Source: Nanobdellati archaeon
Lineage (GTDB): Archaea; EX4484-52; GLR71
DNA: 62,370 nt
Reading direction: 5' to 3'
Assembly (NCBI GenBank): GCA_019429125.1
Contig: JAHYJO010000006.1
Span: 1-62,370, forward strand
The notes under the pieces were generated by a model, which was not told the DNA's origin, did not search any database, and saw only the letters and a list, made by a program, of their open reading frames with translations. The translations under genes and the position numbers were made by a program. Below, one piece after another: positions 49,772-59,999 of the stretch; the stretch's first letter is position 1, and each line of letters begins with the position of its first letter.

Positions 49772-52700
49772 ATGGAATACAATCATTTGGCTATTGAAAA
49801 GGAAGTACGAGCTATCTGGAAAAAGAACCAAATAGTCGAAAAGATAACAGAGTTCAAGCCAACAGATAAAAGAAAAAAGTTCTACTTAGTCGACGGCCCA
49901 CCTTACGCCAACGGTCTCCCTCATGCAGGTCACGTTATGACAATGGTCTTCAAAGATATCTGGGGTAAATTCAAATATATGCAAGGTCACGCTGTCTGGT
50001 TTCAACCAGGTTTTGACTGTCATGGTCTCCCTATTGAAAATAAAGTAGAAAAAGACATGGGTATAACTGACAAAAAAGACATTGAAATTATAGGCGTAGA
50101 AAAGTTCATAAATGCCTGTCGTGAGTTTGCAACATCAAACCTAACTGAATGGATGGATTTCTATAAGCAGATTGGTGCCTGGAAAGGTTGGGTCACGCCA
50201 TACCTAACATATGATAATAATTACATAGAATCTGGTTGGTGGACAATAAAAAACCTTTATGATAAAGGTTTGATGATTGAAGGCAAGAAACCGATATTTT
50301 GGTGCCCTCACTGCCAGACTGCAATTTCAGGTTATGAAGCAACCGACTCCTATAAAGACGTCACAGATCCAGCAGTATTCATCAAGTTTCCAGTCAAGGG
50401 AAAAAAAGACGAATATCTTCTTGCCTGGACAACAACCCCCTGGACACTGCCTGCAAACATAGCGCTCGTGGTACATCCTGACGAAAAATACGTAAAAGTA
50501 AATATTGACAATGAAATAATAATCCTTGCAGAAAAACTGATGGACTCAGTCCTTAAGAAAAAACACATTAAAAACCCAGAAATAATAAAAACTATGAAAG
50601 GTAAAGACCTTGAAAATTTAAGATATAAACCGCTCCTTGATGTTCCTGTCCAAAATGATGTGGACAAAGAACTAAACGCGCACAAGGTAGTATTATCCAT
50701 TCCAATCCTAAAAAAGACAGTAGCCTCAAAAGTCCAGACAAAAAAAGGCATTGATATAAAAATTGAAGATAAAGATAAGTTCGGTCACCTAGTAACAATG
50801 GATGCAGGAACAGGAATAGTACATTGTGCACCCGGTCACGGTGCAGACGACAACAAAATTGGCGAACATTACAACCTACCTATCTTGTCACCTGTTGACG
50901 ATGCCGGTTGCCTAACTGAAGGCACAGGTTTTGAGGGTCAGTTCGTAAAAGATGCAGACAAGCACATAGTGGAACTTTTGAAAAAGACAAATCGACTTTT
51001 CCATTTCGAAAACATCACTCATTCATACCCTTTATGCTGGAGATGCAAGTCACCATTAGTCTACAGGCTGTCAAATCAATGGTTCTTCAAGATTGACACG
51101 ATAAAAGACCTGATGTTAAAAGGCAACAAGAAAGTCAACTGGCTCCCAGAATTCGCTGGTGAAAGAATGGAAAACTGGGTAGCTGATGCAACTGACTGGT
51201 GCGTGTCACAGCAAAGATACTGGGGAGTACCTATACCTATCTGGAAATGCAAGTCCTGCGGCTCAAAAAAGATAATCGGTGGAAAAAAAGAACTGGAAAG
51301 TGAGATGACAAACAAAGTCAAGCTTGACGACCTCCACAAACACGTAGTTGACAAAGTGAAATTCAAATGCGACTGCGGAAGCGAAATGGAAAGGATACCA
51401 GACATAATAAACATTTGGGTGGAATCCGGCATTGGTCCTTGGGCATCACTTGGCTACCCGCACCACGACAACGGTCTTTTTGATAAGCTATGGCCAGTAG
51501 ACCTAATTGACGAATCCACAGATCAGATACGAGGTTGGTTTTATGCATTACTTTTTATGGGTCACGCAACTTTCGGCAAGACACAATTCAAGACTGCATG
51601 CTTAAACGGCTGGACACTTGACGAGAAAGGTGTCAAGATGTCAAAGTCAATAGGTAACGTAGTATCTGCTGAGACCTGCGAGAAAGAGTTGGGTGCAGAT
51701 GTCCTAAGACTTTACAATTGTTACAACATTGCGCCCTGGGACACCCAGAAGTTCAGCCTTGACGGTGCAAAAGAGCTATTCAAGTTCATGAACATCCTTG
51801 CAAACACAGTCAATTTTATTGACATGTACAAAGTTGACACCGCCATGGTCACAAAGAAACCTAAATCATTGGAAATTGAAGACAGATGGATGTTATCCCG
51901 ATTGAATTCAATGATTTCTGAAGTCACAGATGACCTCGAAAATTTCAGGTTTCATTTTGTAGGCAGAAAGATAGTTGACCTAATGATAAATGACTTTTCC
52001 AGATGGTACATGAAGATTGCAAAAGATAAGTCTGACGGAAGAACTCTAAAGGAAAGCACAGCATACACAATACTGACCGTTTTAAAAGCAACAATTAAGA
52101 TGTTAGCGCCAATCTGCCCGTTCATCACAGACAAGATATACCTTGACCTTTTCAGTAAAACCGAAAAGAAAGAATCTATTCATTTATGCGACTATCCGAC
52201 ACCCGACAAGAAACAGATAGACACCTCTCTTGAGACATCAATGCGTATAGTTGACAATGTGGTTGAGGCAGTGGCATCATTACGGCAAGATGCAGGATTG
52301 CGCCTGAGATGGCCTGTAAAGTCAGTAAAAATTTCAGGTGACGACAATGTCAAGACTGCAGTCAAAGAATTCAAGACCTTGTTGCAATCACTCACAAACT
52401 CAAAAGAAGTCATCTTCGGCAACATGGATTTGGATATAGTGATTAAACCAAACTTTGCTGTGTTAGGTCCAAAGTTCGGCAAAGATGCAGGTAAAGTGGT
52501 CAAGTCAATATCATCTCAGAATCCAGAAAAGTTTAAAGCCCAGCTTGATAAAGGCGCAGTAGTAATTGACGGTTTCAAAATTGATTCATCAATGGTAAAA
52601 ATTGAAGAGAAAGTAAAAGAAGGTCTATCTGGTCAATCATTTGACGGCGGGTCAGTGTATCTTGATACTGAGCGCACACCTGCTCTTGAAGATGAAAGTT

Positions 52701-52924
52701 TGACACGAGAAGTCATGCGCCAGATACAAGTCATGCGAAAAGAGAAAGGATTGGAAGTTTCAGAAACTGTAAAAGTCTATATATCAGGTGAAGACGCAAC
52801 AATCAAAAAGTATAAAGATGCCATTGCCAAAGAGACAAGTTCAGAAGTTGTAGTTGGCGCATACAAAGGTAAAAATACCGAGACTGTAGAGTTTAAAGGT
52901 AGAAAAGTTGAAGTTGCACTTTAA
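49772..52924 (+). CDS. ileS: Isoleucyl-tRNA synthetase (archaeal/eukaryote type)
   Basis: DGPPYANGLPHAGH, GFDCHGLPIE, WTTTPWTLPAN, GTGIVH.APGHG, YPLCWRC, DQIRGWFY, KMSKS. Confidence 0.97.
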   Translation: MEYNHLAIEKEVRAIWKKNQIVEKITEFKPTDKRKKFYLVDGPPYANGLPHAGHVMTMVFKDIWGKFKYMQGHAVWFQPGFDCHGLPIENKVEKDMGITDKKDIEIIGVEKFINACREFATSNLTEWMDFYKQIGAWKGWVTPYLTYDNNYIESGWWTIKNLYDKGLMIEGKKPIFWCPHCQTAISGYEATDSYKDVTDPAVFIKFPVKGKKDEYLLAWTTTPWTLPANIALVVHPDEKYVKVNIDNEIIILAEKLMDSVLKKKHIKNPEIIKTMKGKDLENLRYKPLLDVPVQNDVDKELNAHKVVLSIPILKKTVASKVQTKKGIDIKIEDKDKFGHLVTMDAGTGIVHCAPGHGADDNKIGEHYNLPILSPVDDAGCLTEGTGFEGQFVKDADKHIVELLKKTNRLFHFENITHSYPLCWRCKSPLVYRLSNQWFFKIDTIKDLMLKGNKKVNWLPEFAGERMENWVADATDWCVSQQRYWGVPIPIWKCKSCGSKKIIGGKKELESEMTNKVKLDDLHKHVVDKVKFKCDCGSEMERIPDIINIWVESGIGPWASLGYPHHDNGLFDKLWPVDLIDESTDQIRGWFYALLFMGHATFGKTQFKTACLNGWTLDEKGVKMSKSIGNVVSAETCEKELGADVLRLYNCYNIAPWDTQKFSLDGAKELFKFMNILANTVNFIDMYKVDTAMVTKKPKSLEIEDRWMLSRLNSMISEVTDDLENFRFHFVGRKIVDLMINDFSRWYMKIAKDKSDGRTLKESTAYTILTVLKATIKMLAPICPFITDKIYLDLFSKTEKKESIHLCDYPTPDKKQIDTSLETSMRIVDNVVEAVASLRQDAGLRLRWPVKSVKISGDDNVKTAVKEFKTLLQSLTNSKEVIFGNMDLDIVIKPNFAVLGPKFGKDAGKVVKSISSQNPEKFKAQLDKGAVVIDGFKIDSSMVKIEEKVKEGLSGQSFDGGSVYLDTERTPALEDESLTREVMRQIQVMRKEKGLEVSETVKVYISGEDATIKKYKDAIAKETSSEVVVGAYKGKNTETVEFKGRKVEVAL

Positions 52925-52929
52925 TTTTT

Positions 52930-53659
52930 TTATTTCAATTTTTTTCTTATTTTTTCTGTATCTTCTCTGGTTATATCCTCAATTATTTGTTGTATAGTAT
53001 CTACAAAATCATCAACAGTTTCCATATTATCTTCAAACTCATCTTTTTCAACAGTCCTGTCTGTATAATATTGCAAATTGATTCTTTGTTTTTTTGCAAC
53101 TTTTATTTCCTTAAACTGGTCTGATGGTACTTGTTTAGCTAAATTTTGTCTTACTTGCTTACGATTTTTTTGATAGGGTCATTATTTGTTGAAATATTTT
53201 TAAGTTATAATTTTCTACATTACTTGCATGCTATCGATTTTACAAAAAAGGAGTAAATATTTTTTAACAAAAATTAACTACACATTTTCAAGCTGTAGCT
53301 ATTGATTTTATAAAAAGTATAATGTATGTAACTTACATCATAATGGTCGTAGCATGCCGATTATTTTTTTGCTAAACAAGTACGTCTGCTGTAATAATAT
53401 CTGAAAATAAATATTCTGCAATTTTCAATGAACAGTTATGATTCTTGCATTCAATTCCCATTTTTAATAACAGTGCAGTTAGTATATGGTACCTTGCATA
53501 ATATGCAACTGTAGATTTCCATTCAGTATCCTCTTTTGATATTGAACGTAAAACAACTAAATCATGTCTAGATTTTTGAAGATACGCATGTGCAAGATTA
53601 TCATTTGGTTCAATAATTCTTGCCCATTTTTTAAGACAGATATCAATAGATTTTTCCAT
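52930..53659 (-). pseudogene. HEPN toxin gene interrupted by a MITE
   Basis: 5' part AYYARYH..MGIECKNHNC..DIITAD; 3' part QFKEIKVAKKQRINLQYY..; rejoins in frame after removing the insertion and one TSD. Confidence 0.88.
53127..53383. mobile_element. 257-bp MITE with 13-bp perfect TIRs and 8-bp TSD
   Basis: GTACTTGTTTAGC (53127-53139) / GCTAAACAAGTAC (53371-53383); flanks GTCTGATG (53119-53126) and GTCTGCTG (53384-53391). Confidence 0.88.
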
Positions 53660-54224
53660 AATTGACCTCCCACAATATATCAACAAATGTTTCTGTATTT
53701 TTTAAGCATATATGATCTTTTACAATTTCAGAAATTAGAGGGTCTTTTTGAAAAAATCCATTTATGAATTCATCCGATTTCATATATATTGCCTGGATAT
53801 TTTTTCCAGTCTCCTTTTCAAATCTTTCAAAATCATATTTTTCATCTGATATTATAAGCAAATCTATATCACTATCTTTTCGTTCTGTACCTTTAGCATA
53901 TGACCCAAAAATAATAACAGTTGAGGTCATATCTAAATATTTTATAAGAGTTGATATAATTCTCTTGTTTAAAATTGCCATGCGCATCGTATTCTCAGCA
54001 TTGATTACTTTTAATTTGGTGAGCTGGTTCTTGGAATTAAGAAAATATATTTTCTGTCGTCCTGAAATTTTTGAATCCAATAACCTTTCATTTTCCATAA
54101 CTTTTAATGTTTCGGACACAGTCTGTCTGTTTATACTGGTAACTATTGCTATTTCTCTCACATACATTTTAATGCTATAGTCTGGGAGGAATGCTTGAAG
54201 TATTGTGTTAACATTGTCTGACAT
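53643..54224 (-). CDS. wHTH + minimal nucleotidyltransferase (MNT) antitoxin
   Basis: MYVREIA..INRQTVSETL (wHTH); IFGSYAKG..SDIDLLII; overlaps the HEPN start. Confidence 0.9.
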   Translation of the reverse strand: MSDNVNTILQAFLPDYSIKMYVREIAIVTSINRQTVSETLKVMENERLLDSKISGRQKIYFLNSKNQLTKLKVINAENTMRMAILNKRIISTLIKYLDMTSTVIIFGSYAKGTERKDSDIDLLIISDEKYDFERFEKETGKNIQAIYMKSDEFINGFFQKDPLISEIVKDHICLKNTETFVDILWEVNYGKIY

Positions 54225-54298
54225 ATGTCACTATTTACTGACATATATTTTTATATCTTTTGTCCAATTAAGTTGACATAGGTCAGCATTTACTGACA
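54219..54298. promoter_or_regulatory. Operator-like palindromes over the MNT start, within a 25-bp imperfect direct repeat
   Basis: TGACATATGTCActatttactgaca (54219-54243) and TGACATAGGTCAgcatttactgaca (54274-54298). Confidence 0.7.
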
Positions 54299-54343
54299 AA
54301 GATAATCATAAATTAAAAAAAGTAAGAATGAATAAAAAAGTTT

Positions 54344-55021
54344 TTATTTCAAAAACACACCAGTGATTCCTTCCATGTTCTGTGATTGCGCATCCTCAAG
54401 TGTTGCATCACCTACGAATATGTTTGCGTCATTGCCACCAATTCTGAATCTTTCAGTATCATTGTCATAGACAGTGTCTACATAGATACCTGGTTTATAT
54501 TCATTGGAGAAATCATATTGTTTGAAATTCTGATATGTTGAACCCCAGATTATGTTTATAGGATTTGCTAACATATTACGAAAATCTTCATCCACAAATA
54601 CATTTATTTCCATAATGTCATCTTTAATTGTAGGGACTATGTATGCTTCTGGTATTTCATTTTTTGAATCCATGTTAGGTGTGATACGCAATAGTACAAA
54701 TGTTTCATTTTCTTCAGTTTGGAATATTACTTCATTTAAAAACATATGTCCTTTTAAGATACCCATATGTTCAAACTTGACTTTGTAAAGACCATCATTG
54801 TATTGCATGCTTGCAGCATTGTCTTCATATCCGTCGCCGTCAGTGACTTCACTGACATTTATTGATGGATTGTAAGTTTCTGTGTTATTATCATTTGTGT
54901 GAAACGAAAGGCCCATAATAATCAGTATAACTATTATCAGACCTATAATTATATGTTTTTTATTCATATTCTGAATATATTTTTTAGTATCCATAATAAT
55001 CAACTTTATCTCTGTGGCCAT
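54344..55021 (-). CDS. Membrane-anchored extracellular hypothetical protein
   Basis: KKHIIIGLIIVILIIMGL anchor followed by an acidic beta-rich domain; start uncertain. Confidence 0.65.
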   Translation of the reverse strand: MATEIKLIIMDTKKYIQNMNKKHIIIGLIIVILIIMGLSFHTNDNNTETYNPSINVSEVTDGDGYEDNAASMQYNDGLYKVKFEHMGILKGHMFLNEVIFQTEENETFVLLRITPNMDSKNEIPEAYIVPTIKDDIMEINVFVDEDFRNMLANPINIIWGSTYQNFKQYDFSNEYKPGIYVDTVYDNDTERFRIGGNDANIFVGDATLEDAQSQNMEGITGVFLK

Positions 55022-57651
55022 GCAGACATTTTATCTACATGGTACGAAACACCTTCATAAATCATACCACTTGCGAAAATAAGTACAGGTACAACAACAC
55101 CTGATGCATAAAACGTTAATCCTGTAATAATTGTATCTGCTACGGCAAGTGTTATCATTGTTGTACCTTTTAAAGTTCCACTAAGAACATCAACACTATT
55201 AAAGCAATAATTTGTACCCTCAAAAGTTTTATCCAATTCTACAGATACAGTCAATGAATCTATATTATCTTTTGTTTTCATAGCCCATGGATTATAAAAT
55301 ACTGAAGGTCTTTCGGTCAATTGAACACATTTTTTAATACCATTACCTTCTGCATCCATATATAATGGTATAATATTAAGAGTGGTTGTAAGTCCATTAT
55401 TATAATCCAACGCATTCTGTGCCTGTATATTAAATTCTTCTGTCTTAACTTCTTCTTGTGTATCTAGGCGATAATATGTTTCAGCACCTTCAATTTCTAC
55501 CGTATTTGACCAACCAGCATATTCATTACCCTCCGGTCTGTAGTTTGTACTAATTCCATTTCGCACATCAATAGTTCTTATGATTGGGTTGTCAGTATAA
55601 ATTGATTCGTCTGTATCACTTCTAGCATATGCCCCCTGGCATTTTGATGATAATGGTGGATTAATCCCTGTCTCAACAAAACATATATTATTATCTGTTT
55701 CTTTTACATCAAAAGTCGCACTATCTCGATCATATTGGAATTCACCAATGATTTCAATTTCATGTCCCATTACTGTAATAGTTTCGGGATTTTTCTCTGT
55801 TATCTCAGAATAAAGAACTTGTAAAAATCCGAGGGGTGTTGTATATAAAAACCCTCTTTTTAATACTCCACCAGTATTGTGTATTGTTGCACTTGTAACA
55901 TATTCATCATATGTGTTACAATCACTCTCAGCAGACCATTCATAGTATCCTATATCATAAGTTCCAATTGGATCTTCAACTTTTCGTCCACAACAGACAG
56001 CTTGTTCACTTTTACATTCAGTATAATAACAACCAATTTGTTCATGTTTTACAATGACTTTTTCAGTCTTACATGGACTGACTAAGAAAAATCGTTTTGG
56101 ATATTGAAATGATTCTCTTTTCAAAGCTATATAATAATAATTTAGTGTATCTGCAAGTTTTTCAGTCTGGACTGCATAATAATTTTTTTTATAGCCTAGA
56201 GAATTTATTCCAATTGGATTATATTTTTCATTTGAGTTGTCTATATAAGCTGCCATAACTCCTAGTCCTGTAAAATATGAACAGGCAACAATGCCTAATG
56301 ATATTTTTTTGACAAGTATCGCACAAGTACCGAGTCCATTTATTCCATCAGCAGCTATATCATTGGGTATTGCGGGACTTAAAATATCAAGTGTTCCTAA
56401 CTGCATGACAGGGTCATTATACATTTTTGTATTAAAGAAAAATTGTGTAAATTCCTTTGTCTGTTGTAATATACTTTCTCGTTGTGCTTTAGGCATATGT
56501 TGTACAATATCATTACCTTTGGTAATTACAGTATTTATTTCTTTATTGGTCAATGATGCACCACCATCACCAATTAAATTAGAATATGTATTCCATTTTA
56601 TTATTTTTTGTAAAGGTGTTATGCTTTTTGAGACTGTACTTCCTGTAGTTACATAATGTATTAAATTTAATTGATGCAATGCAATATCATCAAGTTCTTT
56701 AGGCTTAATATTATGTCCCATTTTAGTTACTAATTCTTCTTGTAATTCAAATCTTAATTTTGCAAATGTTGTTTTTCCAGCAGTTGTTTGTATTGCTTCA
56801 AATGTTTTAATCGTTGTAATCTTTGCGACATCTTCAACAATATCTTCAGCAGCTTGTAGTGTTAGTCCTTCTACATCAACTAATCTTTTTGTAATCTTTA
56901 ATTCTTTTGTGATATACTTATCACTTATGTCAAATATGTTCTTGAATGCTAGTAATCCTGCTTGTTTATTTCGGAATGTTTTTAAAGTAAAAATTCCAAC
57001 TGTTTTTGCAATATTGTCATCTAGAGTTTTATATAAACTTTTTGCAATTGATATTTGTGGTACTAATTTTGTAGCTCTATCTCCTATGCTTACAACACCT
57101 TTTGATATACCTTTACCAATACCTTTACCTACAACTGGAACAACATTGAAAACTCCACCAACAATGGCTCCAGCCCAGCTGAAATCTTCAATTCTAACTT
57201 GCCAGTCTGCAGCTTGATCTTCTGGGAATGCTTCATAATAAACAATACAATTTGGGTCGCCCATACCCGTAATCCATCCTGCAGGGTCACTTTCATCATA
57301 CTCTGGATTTTTTGTCAACTCAAATCCTTGGACTTCACAATTATAATTTTCACCACTACCATAACATGCAGCAACTTTTGTCCCGAACAATTTCTGTGGT
57401 GGACATAATTCAGTTACATCAATACCTGCATGGTGCATACCTGTGCAGTTGAGTGCATAAGCTAAAGCCTGTATAGAATTAACAGAATTAGTATCACAAC
57501 CCGATGTCAGCTTTGGAAACATAAAATTATTAAGCGCATTAAACAATGGCTGACCAATATCTGATGTCACAAACATGATACCTGCGCCTAAGATAACAAG
57601 ACCTATAATTAAGTTAGCGACCAATAGTAACATACCTTTTTTATTTCTCAT
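55006..57651 (-). CDS. 881-aa class III signal-peptide (pilin-like) protein with internal hydrophobic hairpins
   Basis: MRNKKG|MLLLVANLIIGLVILGAG; Cys-paired domains; three further hydrophobic Gly/Ala-rich segments. Confidence 0.75.
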   Translation of the reverse strand: MRNKKGMLLLVANLIIGLVILGAGIMFVTSDIGQPLFNALNNFMFPKLTSGCDTNSVNSIQALAYALNCTGMHHAGIDVTELCPPQKLFGTKVAACYGSGENYNCEVQGFELTKNPEYDESDPAGWITGMGDPNCIVYYEAFPEDQAADWQVRIEDFSWAGAIVGGVFNVVPVVGKGIGKGISKGVVSIGDRATKLVPQISIAKSLYKTLDDNIAKTVGIFTLKTFRNKQAGLLAFKNIFDISDKYITKELKITKRLVDVEGLTLQAAEDIVEDVAKITTIKTFEAIQTTAGKTTFAKLRFELQEELVTKMGHNIKPKELDDIALHQLNLIHYVTTGSTVSKSITPLQKIIKWNTYSNLIGDGGASLTNKEINTVITKGNDIVQHMPKAQRESILQQTKEFTQFFFNTKMYNDPVMQLGTLDILSPAIPNDIAADGINGLGTCAILVKKISLGIVACSYFTGLGVMAAYIDNSNEKYNPIGINSLGYKKNYYAVQTEKLADTLNYYYIALKRESFQYPKRFFLVSPCKTEKVIVKHEQIGCYYTECKSEQAVCCGRKVEDPIGTYDIGYYEWSAESDCNTYDEYVTSATIHNTGGVLKRGFLYTTPLGFLQVLYSEITEKNPETITVMGHEIEIIGEFQYDRDSATFDVKETDNNICFVETGINPPLSSKCQGAYARSDTDESIYTDNPIIRTIDVRNGISTNYRPEGNEYAGWSNTVEIEGAETYYRLDTQEEVKTEEFNIQAQNALDYNNGLTTTLNIIPLYMDAEGNGIKKCVQLTERPSVFYNPWAMKTKDNIDSLTVSVELDKTFEGTNYCFNSVDVLSGTLKGTTMITLAVADTIITGLTFYASGVVVPVLIFASGMIYEGVSYHVDKMSAWPQR

Positions 57652-57679
57652 GCACTCATCAACTAATTGTATCTCTGAT

Positions 57680-57816
57680 CATATATCATTTATTATGTCT
57701 TATCTTCATATATCATTTATTATGTCTTATCTTCATATATCATTTATTATGTCTTACCTTCATATATCATTTATTATGTCTTATCTTCATATATCATTTA
57801 TTATGTCTTATCTTCA
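57680..57816. repeat. 27-bp tandem repeat, 5 copies (VNTR), overlapping the stop codon of the 395-aa gene
   Basis: CATATATCATTTATTATGTCTTATCTT at 57680, 57707, 57734 (one substitution), 57761 and 57788; no spacers. Confidence 0.95.
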
Positions 57817-58988
57817 ATTACTATTATTATATCATCGGGATCAAGAATAACAGCTAGTCCATAATATCTCTCTTCAAAATAATAGAATGGTTGGATTTCA
57901 TATATATAATCTTTAAATAATTTATGAGATTCACTATTTTCCATACCACTTTGATTAATCATCACTCTATCTTTTATGATATATAGACATTTTGTACCTC
58001 CTGAATTTTTTCTTGTCCATGTTACACTATTGAATTCATCTGGGGCAATATCATCTTCTGCAGCATTTAAAAGATCACATGTGGAGAATTTATAACTGAA
58101 TGTACTTATTAAACTGAACCATTCATATAAATTTGCGTCTACATCTGGTTTAATCCTAAACTTATTAGGGCATGCAAAATAACCATTATAATCAACATTA
58201 TTTGCATAGCCACCCATAAATTTGTCTTCAAAATTGGTTGAACAAGTATCTATGTCTGAAACTATTATTGTTTTCGCATTATCATCACTTTCACCGCTAA
58301 GATCTACAATATTTGGTAGACTGTAATCCAATCCACCCGAATCAGTCTCATCCCGACAGATATTATTATCGTTAAGTCTTCCTTTGCTTTGTGAAAATTT
58401 AGCAATGTTAGAGTTCCCTAATGGGTTATACCAACTGATATCACTTCCACCTATGCAGTAATCCTCTCGTTTATAAAAATACAATGTATTCTGACTTGAT
58501 CCTAATTTTCCCGATACCCAAGTCCATGTAGAACTAAATACACCATTTGCGTTACATGTTGCTTTATCATCCCACCAAAAAACCCAATCAATACGTGTTA
58601 CTGTACCTGTACCACTACTTGAATAATACCCACCTAAACAATCATCAGTCTCTTTTTCACCAAATGTATTCATCGCATCAGTTATATTACTATAAATGTC
58701 TTCATATGTTATTGTTCCAGTATCAAGTTTCTGTTTTAACCAGCACGCTTTTTTACCATTCCATGCAACCTTTGTAGCTAATTGTATATTTTTTATAAAA
58801 GTGTCAGCATCAACAACACCTGCATCTCCCGGACAATAAGCCCCTGGCATTGGAATATTAAAATCTCTCGCCGCATTAGTAACTTTCTTACCTAAAGACC
58901 CGCCAGTCATCATAACTGCAGCAAGAACTATAACAAACACTAGTATAACCTGTATCATTGTTATATTCCCGCGCCGTTTCATAAACAT
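57801..58988 (-). CDS. 395-aa class III signal-peptide (minor pilin/adhesin-like) protein
   Basis: MKRRG|NITMIQVILVFVIVLAAVMM; Cys/Trp-rich globular domain. Confidence 0.78.
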   Translation of the reverse strand: MFMKRRGNITMIQVILVFVIVLAAVMMTGGSLGKKVTNAARDFNIPMPGAYCPGDAGVVDADTFIKNIQLATKVAWNGKKACWLKQKLDTGTITYEDIYSNITDAMNTFGEKETDDCLGGYYSSSGTGTVTRIDWVFWWDDKATCNANGVFSSTWTWVSGKLGSSQNTLYFYKREDYCIGGSDISWYNPLGNSNIAKFSQSKGRLNDNNICRDETDSGGLDYSLPNIVDLSGESDDNAKTIIVSDIDTCSTNFEDKFMGGYANNVDYNGYFACPNKFRIKPDVDANLYEWFSLISTFSYKFSTCDLLNAAEDDIAPDEFNSVTWTRKNSGGTKCLYIIKDRVMINQSGMENSESHKLFKDYIYEIQPFYYFEERYYGLAVILDPDDIIIVIEDKT

Positions 58989-59180
58989 CTAACCTGAAAA
59001 CACATTCTTAATCATCATGGGCACAAAACCGACCCCATAATTTCCGAATTTTCTAGCTGCATAAGTTGCAGCAACAATCAATATTGAAAATGCTAAAAGC
59101 CCCATACATATCTTGATGATAAGTTCAAGGTCCATTGCGCCTTTCCGACTCTTGATAAGATAATATGTAATTTCTAACAT
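58989..59180 (-). CDS. Short class III signal-peptide (pilin-like) protein
   Basis: KSRKG|AMDLELIIKICMGLLAFSILIV. Confidence 0.7.
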   Translation of the reverse strand: MLEITYYLIKSRKGAMDLELIIKICMGLLAFSILIVAATYAARKFGNYGVGFVPMMIKNVFSG

Positions 59181-59198
59181 CTGTTCACCGTTAAAATA

Positions 59199-59702
59199 TT
59201 AAGGACTTGTTGGTCCTGCACATGTCTTTGTGAGTCCTGCCCCACTACCTACAACTTGACAGCATTGATTATCATTACTAGTATCAAGCACCAGCCACCA
59301 TAGTCTACCTTCAGGCCCACTTTTTGTTTTTGGGTCATACTTAAATGCTGCCATTGTGCATTCAACAGGACTACATTTACTGATATCACCTACACATTGT
59401 TCTGATATGCAAGCATGAAGTTCATTAGGTTTTAAAATGTCATATTCAGGATATAAAGTACAATACATCTCATTACCACATTTGTTCTTACAATTTTCAG
59501 TATTGCAGGTACCAACAATACATTCAACACCAGTATCGCTTATGCAAGGGTCAACAAATGATATACAACATTGTCCCTGATTATCATAATCACATACTTG
59601 TTCAGTCTTCATATTCATGAAATTGATAAGCATAAATCCAATTATCATTACAAGAAACAGCGACATTATAACATAAAAGATTGAAAGTCCACTGCGCCTC
59701 AT
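59199..59702 (-). CDS. Cys-rich class III signal-peptide (pilin-like) protein
   Basis: MRRSG|LSIFYVIMSLFLVMIIG; many Cys in the mature domain; start reassigned to the ATG at 59702. Confidence 0.72.
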   Translation of the reverse strand: MRRSGLSIFYVIMSLFLVMIIGFMLINFMNMKTEQVCDYDNQGQCCISFVDPCISDTGVECIVGTCNTENCKNKCGNEMYCTLYPEYDILKPNELHACISEQCVGDISKCSPVECTMAAFKYDPKTKSGPEGRLWWLVLDTSNDNQCCQVVGSGAGLTKTCAGPTSP

Positions 59703-59797
59703 ACTATATTGTTGTATTCTTGCGTATATAACATTTTTGCATCTTTTTTTTGAAAATCTCAAATAAATATATTAATGCTATATACCAAATCATAATC

Positions 59798-59986
59798 ATG
59801 TTCGTCTATCCTTATGTTGAAACGTTAAATAGAGTCCGAAAAGGTCAAGATATAGGGATATCAAAAATTGCAGCATTAGTGCTCGTGTTTGCAGGTATTC
59901 TTGTATTCATTGCAGTCTTATATACTATGATGGCAAAAGGTAAAGGTGTAATAGATATAATAGATCCGTTAGCATACAGTAATTGA
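59798..59986 (+). CDS. Short class III signal-peptide (pilin-like) protein
   Basis: RVRKG|QDIGISKIAALVLVFAGILVFI. Confidence 0.7.
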   Translation: MFVYPYVETLNRVRKGQDIGISKIAALVLVFAGILVFIAVLYTMMAKGKGVIDIIDPLAYSN

Positions 59987-59999
59987 AGGTGTAATAAAT

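Noticed and set aside
57680-57816. CRISPR array
   Set aside because: Units are contiguous with no unique spacers; it is a tandem repeat
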